Assembly (NCBI RefSeq): GCF_006345805.1
Contig: NW_021833523.1
Span: forward strand, 1 to 28,530
DNA from: Octopus sinensis
Taxonomy: Eukaryota
Length of the DNA: 28,530 bases
Reading direction: 5' to 3'
The number at the start of each line of letters is the position of its first letter. Position 1 is the first letter of the stretch. Shown one piece after another: positions 12,045 through 22,106 of this stretch. The position numbers and the translations under genes were made by a program. Under the pieces are notes generated by a model. That model was not told where the DNA came from and ran no database searches. It worked only from the letters and a program-made list of their open reading frames with translations.

Positions 12045-12782
12045 AATATTATATTTTTTATGTTTAAAAAACTGTGTTTAATAAGATAGGCAATATTTTA
12101 TTTATGTCTAACAAGTGAGAGTAAGATATTACATCCAAATTCAACACAAAGGTTACTTTTAGCCAAAACTAATAGTTCTCCATAATATTGTCCTATTTCC
12201 TAAAACTGAATTTGTATAAATTTCCAAGTGTACTCATTTACGATTGAATTTATCTTAATAAAAAGTTGTTGATTCTTTAATGCAATAGTAATTATTAAAC
12301 TTACTAGTTTCCTTTATCTGTGCTTTGAGTGTACATTAATAATTGATCGACAGGAGAAATTAGTCTTTTTAGTGCAATTAACTAATCAAACAATTCTATA
12401 ACCAATAGTTAAATCAGTTTGTCAAATAAACAGTGTTCTGTTTTAATTACAGAACTACTAATTGGATACTGCAAGTTTATATTTTATATTCAGTAGTGCT
12501 TGCAATGACTCTCACAAAATTCAGCATTTATGTTATGTTATTACTTTTGAATCAAGAGTCGTCTTATCGAGACAGTGATATCAAATTGTTTTACATTAAA
12601 GTTCTCAATTCCACAAAAAATTCCCATTCCTTTATTTATTAAAGACTTTTTTGGACTGGAAATTATTATAATACCGCGTTCGTAACGTGACATATTAAAA
12701 TTAAGCTCCTGGCCATTAAATTAGCAAAAACACATAACTCAAAAATATTGCTGTATTTTTTTAAATAGATGAAAATCTAATT

Positions 12783-13690
12783 TTAATCAATCTGGTCATT
12801 AAGATCAACCGTTTTCTTTACGGTCTTACTTAGAAAGGTCTCTTTTTTAATTACCCCGAAGTTATTGAATAGGCCTAACAAGTCCTGGTTCTGTTGGGGG
12901 GTCAACTCCCTGTAGTCTGTCAGAGAAAAATCCCGTCTGTCCTCTATACTCATCTGAGATTGGGATTGTTCGACGTTTTGTCTTTTTTTAATAAAATGTA
13001 AAATTAAAATAAATCGGACAAAAAATACTATAAAAATAATCAGTAATTTTTCCACCAATTGGTTTTTTCGAAATTTGTAGTAGAATTTTAAACCTTGTGG
13101 GCATGCGATTATATTCTTGACGAATAAGACAGTGCCTTCAGAATATAGGATCAAGATTTTATTCAAGTCTCCATTCTGAAAAAAGTTCATGAAACTATTT
13201 GTTCGGTATTAGATACATCTTTACTCGTGTCGACAGCAAAAGAATAATATAAAAATGCTTTCGATATTCTAAAAATTATTTTTAATAAAGAACTTGATTA
13301 GATGTGGGTAAGAACCTTATAATACATTTTATTCTTCTTGTAATAGTATCATTACTTAATGGTAATCGTTTCGCAATATTTTGTGTATTTTATAGACAAC
13401 ATTCATCACAAAAAATGGAAAATAGCATTTTAATAATTACTCCATCAGAACAAGGCTTCATATTTACAGCAAAAAGGTGACTAATGTTATAAAACGTTAA
13501 TAACTGATGCTTATTTTCCACTGGTTAGAATAGTGAGGACTAATTTTAAAATGACGTCTTTAATATATTGAGTTTTTTTTCCTTGACTCTCCGATATATA
13601 AATTGTATATCTATCCGGAGAAGCCATTGCGGGAAAATGCTCAACAGCAATTATGCCAGAGAACAACACGAAGTAGTAAAATGTATTCAT
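12783..13690 (-). CDS. Possible multi-exon single-pass membrane protein of unknown family
   Basis: Hydrophobic signal-like MNTFYYFVLFSGIIAV in ORF 13511-13756; TM-like LLIIFIVFFVRFILILHFI followed by KKR and a polar tail in ORF 12783-13190; exon linkage not resolved. Confidence 0.35.
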
Positions 13691-13819
13691 TTCCACCTCT
13701 GCAAGAAGTATGGAATTAGGGAAGTGAAAAAATAAAAGGATACTAAGTCCAGTCAATCATACCCACACAAAAGGTTAAAATACGTGTTGATTCTTAATAA
13801 TTACAGACAGAAAATTCAG

Positions 13820-14070
13820 TTCAGCGAATAAAATTAATTTTATCAAAATGGGAATCACTTCCCAGAATTGCCTAAAGCAGGGCAAAGTTGAGAAATATAA
13901 CTACTACGCTCAAGTAAAAATAATTCCACCTGGAACGAGGTCGTTTCCAATTTGTTTAAGAACCAAATTAAAAAGTTATTTATTGAAGATGGGACTCAGA
14001 TCTACATACAGTCATCGTGTTGAAGAAACACTGAAGAGTATGATGGTCAAGCAGACATGAAATCAAAATC
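13820..14070 (+). mobile_element. RLE-type retrotransposon 3' remnant
   Basis: MGITSQNCLKQGKVEK..AQVKIIP, TWNEVVS..YIQS, TLKSMMV. Confidence 0.7.
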
Positions 14071-14739
14071 AGGAAGAGGAAATAAATCAGTAGCCACATC
14101 ATTAAAACAAGTCATTCGTTAAACAAAGAAAATCATCGGGGATAAATACTTATTGTTCTTACTGTCGGGGTTCGTGCATAATAATGGACATTTGTTAGAT
14201 AGATTAGGAAGGCTGATCAATAATGCAAGGTAGGGAGCAGTTTGATAATAAAGAAATATGTGTTGTATCTTTGGTTATATGAGGTGTTAAAACGTTTAGA
14301 AATGTCAGTAAAAAGTACTGCTTTTTTAATTGGATAAATACTGTTTAATCAAATCTAACACTGATTGTCTTTATTTGTTGATATTTTTATGCAATCTCAA
14401 TATTTAAACCAACTAGAAAAACGATTTTACCTATTTATTCTTGATCAATCAATTTCCATCGACCAATACGACGTGATTATAAGACTTTTTAAAATAAGGA
14501 TTGACGTGGCTTTCTAAATATGCGACATTAAAACTTTTCTGAACCACAATGTTTCTATTTCGACCTATACATTCCTTATTTTGACCCATCTCGAGGAGTT
14601 AGTTAGCAGCAAACCTGCAGCAAATAAAAAGCGAGCTGCGGAGGCCGGCCGCTCTCGATAAGTACCGAAAATTTTTATATACGATTAGTAGGCAGTCTTT
14701 TGCTTGACCAAACGATTGGCCTGATATGACTTTTAAGGG

Positions 14740-15025
14740 TTTTATTATTATTAAAGGCACTCTCGAGAAGTCATAAAACTAATTAAGCTTCCCTTGTGCC
14801 GCGTGAACAACAATACTGTCCCACAAACTTTTCCAGGTGCCTCTCCTCTTTGCCAATTCTCTCAGGTTGTCGAGATCATGGGCAGTTTCGAGTTTCCTCT
14901 CAATAATTTTGAGATCCTGATTTAGCACCGATGGAGGTGTTGTCCTTGGTCTTCCTCGGAATGCGTCTCCAAATTGCATGAAATATGTTTCCATAGCAAT
15001 GTTAGCAGGAGTGGCAGAATGTGGC
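14740..15025 (-). mobile_element. 5'-truncated RTE-clade LINE (ORF C-terminus, short 3' UTR, (TAA)n tail)
   Basis: TPANIAMETYF..FRGRPRTT..LNQDL..LRELAKRRGTW, stop at 14779, then taataataataaaa on the minus strand. Confidence 0.7.
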
Positions 15026-15099
15026 CAAATAGCCTCCATTAGGGGTTTTAGTTTCGGTTTATTCAAATATTAAATAAGTGTAAACTCAATCAACACCCA

Positions 15100-15640
15100 A
15101 TGGCGTCAGTCGGGACGTTACTGGATAACGAATTCCTCCGCATCGCAGTTTCTCTGCGCTTTGGATTGAACATCTCCCGTGAGCATCAATGCTAGACGAT
15201 TGATATCTTGGGACTACACCCCCTATCTTGCCGTCGTAGCGCTGGCCGTTCCTTCCGCCACTCTGGGCTTAGTGATTTGGTAAGCCGTGCCCTGAAATCT
15301 GCGGGAGTCCCTAATGTGTTGAAACCAGTCGGCTTGGATCGCGGAGATGAGATGACAACATTTCCCTTCGACCACGGGAAATGCCTCAGCTGGGAGGAGA
15401 AGAATCTGATCTAGTCAGTTGCCGAGCCTGGGTCGGAAAATCAAGAAAATACTCGTCCCTGGCCAGAAATCAAATTTTTGCGCCAATAGCCGCCGAGACA
15501 TCAGGAGTAATCGCCCCGGAAACACTTTCTCTCATTCGTCGGCTTGGGACGAAGATCGCCGAGCAAGACTCGTCGCGATCTGTCGGGGGAACAGTCAGGC
15601 CATCTTATGTGTCGGAAATTTGAAATCGTGAAAATAAATT
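15100..15640 (+). mobile_element. CRE-like non-LTR retrotransposon 3' fragment (zinc knuckle plus RLE)
   Basis: GTLLDNEFLRIAVSLRFGL, GLHPLSCRRSAGRSFRH, LKPVGLDRGD, PFDHGKCLSW, KSRKY..FAPIAAETSGVI, AICRGN. Confidence 0.8.
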
Positions 15641-16349
15641 TTTCTATAACATTTTGATAACTTTGTACTTGTAATTTAACCTGTAATCTTCAAAAAAATT
15701 GATCAATTTTATATAAAATGAATGCAGTTGCCCATTGATGCCATAATCTACTTAACTTAATTTTTGTTGTTTAAATTTAATTTTTTCTAAATAAAGTGAA
15801 TGATCAGAATTATAACTAAGTTAGTGAAAATTCTGTAAAAACGTTTGTTCTCTTAAGTCAGACAATCTAAATTTGGTATTGCAAACATTAAACCTTTATA
15901 ACTGAACATTAAAGTTTTTTTGAAAATAATAAACCAAAGTAATTATTCATCAAATCTTTAAGACATCTGTTAATTTTGTTAATACCCAAATTTATTCTAT
16001 ATTTAGAAAACAACACGCATTTTAACTTTAATAGTGTCAATAATAAATAAAACTTCAATGCTCCCGATAATTTCACTAATTTAGGACACACAAACAAATT
16101 TTATTTCGGGACTATCTGGGAGAGACGTAATCAAGTTTGATCAGGTTTGCGGTTGAAAGCGTCTGATAAAGAGATTATCCCAAAAGCCTGGAACAACATC
16201 ATAAAGTCATCTGCAATCCATCTACGAGAGGTTCGTCCTGAAAATCCCCGTCCGTACCGAAAATGCGTCGGGACAACGGCGGAACATCGGGAGAGGCTGC
16301 GCGAACTGCTGAGGGAGGCTGGGATCACCTGAATTCTTCTTTCTTTTGG

Positions 16350-16712
16350 CTATGACGGTGGTTTTCAACATGTTCCGACTCCTTGTCCAAGACAAACATG
16401 TTGGAAAGTGCCTGCAATGCTGGCACAGCTGCGGATAAAGCAGAGGACATCAAGAAGAAGAAATATGATGGGCTCACCGATCGTTACGTTTTCCGGCCGG
16501 TTGCTGTCGAAACCCTGGGATCGATTGGGAAGGAGTCGTTGTGCTTTCTCAAGAGTATTGGGCGTCTCAAGACCTTGAGAACACACAATCCTCTGGAGAC
16601 GAGATGGCTCCTCCAGAACGTGTCCCAAGCAATAGTGAGGGGAAACAGAATCGCCATCAGTTCTTCTTCTTATTGTCCTTAACAAGTTCAATAAATAAAT
16701 AATAAAATAAAT
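16350..16712 (+). mobile_element. Second CRE-like 3' fragment with (AATA)n tail
   Basis: AGTAADKAEDIKKKKY..FRPVAVETLGSIG..LLQNVSQAIVRGN, stop at 16682, then aataaataaataataaaataaa. Confidence 0.8.
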
Positions 16713-16759
16713 CAAGCCGTTCCTATTTGTCTCAAAGTGGCCCACATGTAAGATTCCAC

Positions 16760-17705
16760 ATCTGGCAATGTGTGTAATTCAATTTGATTCCAGCGACAAA
16801 TAAAGTTATCAAGATTTTTATCCAAAATAAAAAGGGACACGGATTTCAGATGAGAAAATTACATGAACAAATATGCACTGACAAAACTGTCAACATTAAA
16901 CGGTTTCTCAAAGAATGTCAAGAATTTTCAAACTGGATGAAACTACAAAATTTCACAAGCTTATTCCATCAAAAAGTATATGTAGGAATTGTTTCGAAAG
17001 ATACAAAAACTTCAAAGATACAGTATATATGGTGCAAGTTTGTCGCAAAAATTGCACGAAATAAAAATAACCAATTTGAGAGAGTTTACTATATAAGAAA
17101 ACATCCAGGATAAAGTTCATTATGCCGAAAACAATCATTTCTGTCATCTACAATGTGCCACTAATAATTGGTAAGGACTCCACAATACCCTATTTTGACA
17201 GCACATTAACAAATCGTCGTCATCAACGTGGCAGAAGTACAAGCGTATCCCAAAAAGCTGCCATCCTTGTTGCTGAAAAAATGCGTGGCACACACCTTGG
17301 GACCATAAAAACTACTACCCAAGTTAATGTGAAGGAGTTGATCAAACTTCAGAGGCAATTGCTAATAATAAAGATCAACTTAAAAGTTGCTTAACAAAAC
17401 TCTATTTAGCATCCTGAACAACCTGCACATTGCATGACTTAAATATGGGAATAACTCTCCCCAATCAGAAGGATTATTCTCAAATTTTCAGAATAGAAAC
17501 GTTTTTAATGGTCACGGAAACAGTGTAGCCACGGTAAAAATGAGGCAATGACAGTTATCATTTAGCCACCAAATTCGGGAGTATAGTGTACCATGATTAC
17601 ATAACGATGCAGTGAGGTCCCTCCATCTTCTGTTCTGCAATAAGTATAGCTTGAAACAATCCAAAAAGGTGAGAATCAACTGAGTTCAGTCGGTGTGAGA
17701 ACTCG
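16760..17705 (+). mobile_element. Heavily decayed RLE-type retrotransposon (post-RT region to CCHC)
   Basis: KAAILVAEKMRGTHLGTIK, LPQSEGLFSNFQNRNVF, HLATKF..YHDY, NDAVRSLHLLFCNKY; DNA at 17620-17705 visibly resembles the reverse complement of ~535-630. Confidence 0.65.
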
Positions 17706-17747
17706 AAGGTTTGCACTAATCAAAGGTTCTCCCCATAAAGTTATCAT

Positions 17748-19525
17748 TAGGGCAATTTAAGTTAAAAAAGTTAGAATATATGAAAATGTGTATTTTGGCT
17801 TAAAAGTAAAAATAAAGTATTTTTTAAATGAAATAGTTACTTATTAAAGAAAAAAATAAAGTTAAAAAGTTAAAAAAAAAATTTTATAAAGTTAAAAATT
17901 TTAACTTTATTTAAAATAGCGCGTGGGTGTTTAGTATGCCAAGAACTGCAAAAACAATGTATTTTAAGGCAAAAAAAATTGTTATTGAATATCCGCTGGA
18001 GTTTTTATTACGAGAGAATGGCGAGTTGCAATGTCAACTTTGCTTATGCACAGTCAGGTGTGAGAAAAAGCATTTTGTGAATTCTCACCGAGAATCGAAG
18101 AAGCACTCAAATTTATTAAGTTTTTACAAATTAATATAATTTATAGAGAATAATTTCTATCAGCCTTGTTTGGACGAGTTACCCAATGATGACTGGTCAA
18201 TGCAAGTCACTAAAGCATTTATTCAATGCGATATACCCTTGCATAAATTGACTATGCCTCCTCTAAAGAATTTATTCAAGAATACTTCTTTGCCTCTTCC
18301 TTCCAAATACAAAGCAAGAATGTGCGTTAAACAATTGAAAACTGAATATATTGTATTATTTCAAGAAAAGTTTAGGTTTATGAATATATAATTTTTTAGA
18401 AATCAACTTGTATTCGCCATAAGTGACGAGGTCACTATTCGTAGTCAAAAATTTGTTGCAGTTTTAATGGGGATACTTAAAAATCCCGATAAAACTTATT
18501 TGATTTCTTTCGTAAAAATGATAAAACTTCTACCAAAGAAACAATTATTCAATTGTTGACGATACGATTAAATGCGTTTTAATTGTAAGATAAAATTTCC
18601 TTCTCCTAATAACAGATTCCGCTAAATATATGCTAGCAGGTTTTAATTTAACATATAATTATAGCTGGAAAAGTTCTTAAGCTTTTATATCCAAGGTTAT
18701 TTCACGTAACTTGTGTTGCTCATCTGATGCATAATTGTTCAATGAAAATCAGGACTATTTATCCTGAAATTGATTCTCTTATTGCATCAATTCAAGCGGC
18801 AATAACAAAAAATAACAAGAGAAAACGACTATTTAATGAAATTGGAATTCCACCTCATGTAGTTTTAACTAGATGGGGTACTTGGCTAACTGCTGCATTT
18901 TATTATGCAAAAAATTTAATACATGTGATAAACATTTTCAAAACAATTCCTGATGATGGAATCATTGTTCAGGCTGCAAAAAATAGCCTAAGAGATGAAT
19001 CTCTAGTAAAAAGCTTAAGTTCTATTGTTAGAAATTATTCAACAATTCCAGGTAAAACTAGTTTAATAATAGCAGAATTATTGTGCAAATTTGAAAGTTC
19101 TCACTCCTCAATAGAGTTAGCTTACAATGAGCTAAAGAATTTAAAATTTGATGACGAATCAGATATAATTGAAAAATATTTGAATGAACGATTACAAAAA
19201 AATGATTTATGTCAAATTATAAGAATGACAAATTCATCAATTTCTCCTGAAGAATATTGTATGCTTTTAAAGTGTCAGCCTTCATCCTCTTCCATAGAAC
19301 GATTCTTCTCTCAAATTAAAAACTTTATGAGGGATAACAGAAATTTTAATATTGAAAATATAGAGAATTATGTTATATGTTTGTATAATAAATGATTCTT
19401 AAGTTAAAATTTGTTAGGTTAAAATTTTTGTTTTATAGGTTAAAATTTGGTTATTTTTAGGTTAAAAAGTTAAAATTTTTAGGTTAAAAAATCGAAGTTT
19501 TTAGGTTAAAAAAAAAATTGCCCTA
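17748..19525 (+). mobile_element. Full-length hAT DNA transposon (1778 bp)
   Basis: 11-bp perfect TIR TAGGGCAATTT (17748-17758 / 19515-19525), perfect 8-bp TSD GTTATCAT (17740-17747 / 19526-19533), subterminal (a/g)gttaaaa repeats at both ends. Confidence 0.95.
17936..19395 (+). CDS. hAT transposase (CGGBP1-like N-terminal Zn finger, DUF659-type catalytic region), four micro-introns, frameshifts near 18515-18595
   Basis: CQLC..H..SKKH finger, DIPLHKL, ISDEVT, ITDSAKYMLAAGKVLK, HVTCVAHLMHN, TRWGTWL, SSSSIERFFS; introns 18120-18146, 18376-18399, 18640-18664, 19052-19075. Confidence 0.85.
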
Positions 19526-19916
19526 GTTATCATGTTAATGGAATTCAGTTTCCTCAATTAGGAAGTGCCGTTTGGATGTATAAAAAAGGTATAAAAAAGT
19601 AAATATAAAATTTTCAAATAGAAATTGACTTGAAAGGAATAAAATCAAAATAAAATATGAAAATGATGAAATTTAAAACTGTATAATAACAAAATTAAAG
19701 TTCATAAGAATTATTCCTTCCAAATCGACTAAAATAAAACAACACAAAAAATAAAAACGAAAACAAACTAAATCGTAACATGTATCAGCATGCTTAATTT
19801 ATTAGGCTTACCATTAAAAATATTCTAATTAAACAGTTATTAATAAATAAAAAATTTATTTATATTAATAAGACATCCCATGATAAACTATACACCAAAA
19901 TTTTTTGTGCAATCAA

Positions 19917-19980
19917 AAGGATTATTCTCAAATTTTCAGGATAGAAACGTTTTTAATGGTCGACGGAAACAGTGTAACCA
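19917..19980 (+). repeat. ~62-bp direct repeat of 17470-17531 (another RLE retroelement fragment)
   Basis: aaggattattctcaaattttcag.atagaaacgtttttaatggtc.acggaaacagtgta.cca occurs at both sites. Confidence 0.8.
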
Positions 19981-20263
19981 ATATTAATTTTTTGATTTCA
20001 GGCTCTACAAATTCAAGTAGGGAATTATATCAGAAAAACTTGAAACCTTGGAAAAGAAAAATTATTTGGTAAAACTAAGAGTGATATTGATGTTATACTA
20101 ATTAAAAATGTATAATATTATTTATTTAAATATTTTTGTGTTCACTATTAAAGAATAGTGAACGTCAAATTTTTGTGAACATAAAAATATTAAATTTAAT
20201 ATTTTTACATATATATTTAAAATTCTTTAAAATGAATAAACTACACGTTCTACAGTTGTTAGC

Positions 20264-21709
20264 ATGGTGGAAAATCGAAAACGCCTGTCATTTTTTCAAA
20301 AGAAGGAAATAATCGAATTTTATCATAAAAATAGACATTACACACAGCGCGATTTATCCCTTTATTTCAATGTTTCTCTGGGCTGCATAAACAAAATTTT
20401 GAAAAATTCTGAAGGAATACTTAATGTTCAAGATGACCAAAAAAAGAGGAAAATTTATTTGCCCAAGTCTCAACCATTCGACAGAGATCTATTTGAATGG
20501 TTCGTTAAAAAACGATCATTTGGATTTACAATCAATAAATATCTTTTGAAGTCAATGTCTCTAAAAATGGCGAAAGTTTGTAATATTCAAAGATTTCAAG
20601 CATTAAATGGATGGCTTGAGAAATTTAAAAATCGATATTGCATTGCTTCCCGTGCTTTATGTGGGGAAAATCAATTTGTTTAAACCTCTGTGATTGAAAA
20701 TTTTACAGAAAGCCTCAATAGAAAATTAGAACAATATTGTTCAAAAAATATTTTAATTTGGACGAAACTGGATTGTTTTTTAAACTTTTGTCGAACAGAA
20801 CATTAGCTGTTGACTCGGACAAAAAACTGTCTAATAAACCGATAAAAGAAAGAGTAACTGTTATGTTTTGCGTTAGTATGATGGGAGAAAAACTTGACCC
20901 ATTTGTTATTGGAAAAGCCAAAAATCCACGCTGCTTTAAAGGAAGAAGAAATTTAATTAATAATTTACAAGTGGAATACAAATCAAATAAAAAAGCATGG
21001 ATGACATATGGTTATTTTCAAAATGGCTCATAGAATTGAACAAAAAAATGATTTTGCAAAAAAGAAAAATTCTAATTCTACTTGATAATGCGACTGTACA
21101 CTCACGTGATTTAGAGTTCAGTAACATCGAACTCTTTTTTTCCCTCCAAATACAAAATCGAAGTTACAACCCCTTGATCAAGGAATAATAAAATCATTCA
21201 AAGACAGGTATAGACAACTCCTATGTGCACACTTGATTGAATTTTATACTAATGATGAAAATGTAGATCACGAAAAAGTTACGGAAAAGTTGAAGAAATT
21301 CACTCTATTGAATTGCTTGATATTCATAAATCAAGCTTGGTTAGAAGTGTCGGAATTAACAATTACAAATTGTTTCAAGAAAGCATTTGAAAATGCGTTA
21401 ATACAGAACCTGACAGAAATCGAAGAAATAGATTGTGAAAATTTTTTGATTCATGAAAATGATCAAATTGACGACGAAAACTTTATACAAAACTTTGCGA
21501 GAAAACTAAAACAGCAAGACCAAGTTGAAGAGGAAGATGAAAAAATTTATGTTCTGACACTATATGAAGCTAGTGAATATGCGAAGGCGCTTGAATTATG
21601 GTTTCGTGAGAATGATTATGAACAAAGAGGAGAAGTATACGAAATACAAAAAATTTTAAGAAATAATCAAACTAATCATTTTCAAAAAAATCATCGATTA
21701 CATGATTAA
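20264..21709 (+). CDS. pogo/Tigger (CENP-B-like) transposase, frameshifted
   Basis: RKRLSFFQKKEII HTH, LFEWF..GWLEKFKNRY HTH, catalytic FNLDETGLF, LLDNATVH and LQPLDQGII; GKAKNPRCFK; NKKAWMT. Confidence 0.92.
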
Positions 21710-21967
21710 AATCTTTAAATAATCTTTGTAATTATACTTTGTCACAGTCCGTTTATGAAACACGCCGTTAATGAAACGCCAACATCAAATTTTTTGGGGG
21801 GGAAGGTTTTAAGGACCTCATCATGTAAGTCGAGGACATCGTATTGCCAATTTGAAGTTGGTGTGCACACACAGACAGACAGACAGAACGACAGACAGAA
21901 CGACAGACAGACAGACAGACAGACACACACCATACCATTTTATTATTAAGACAAATACCTGAGCTGG
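20848..21967 (+). repeat. Left copy of the ~1.1-kb direct duplication flanking the LINE
   Basis: Near-identical to 26140-27225, from gaaagagtaactgttatg to caaatacct.agctgg. Confidence 0.95.
21866..21930 (+). repeat. (CAGA)n-type microsatellite, much shorter in the duplicate (~27165-27189)
   Basis: cacacacagacagacagacagaacgacagacagaacgacagacagac.. Confidence 0.9.
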
Positions 21968-22106
21968 AAGGAAGGAAAGGAAAATTTTTATTTTAAATAA
22001 TTAGTTAGAGAGGCTGTTAGTGAGGTAACATAAGGAGACCTTCGGCATTCCTGCCTTTTCGGTCCAGCACACACGCTCGCCTCTCTACACAACCACAGGT
22101 TAGGAC

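Noticed and set aside
12150-12760. Possible further very old RLE retroelement remnant on the minus strand
   Set aside because: Only faint motif echoes, not supportable by eye
16100-16332. GC-richer patch, possibly a Penelope-like or other retroelement end
   Set aside because: Too short and no diagnostic motif
17122-17394. PIF1/Helitron helicase-like reading of QKAAILVA..LLII
   Set aside because: No Walker A or DE motif; neighbouring motifs fit the RLE retrotransposon better
19400-19512. Repeated aggttaaaa units as telomeric or CRISPR-like array
   Set aside because: Irregular subterminal repeats of the hAT element, also present at its left end; no spacer structure
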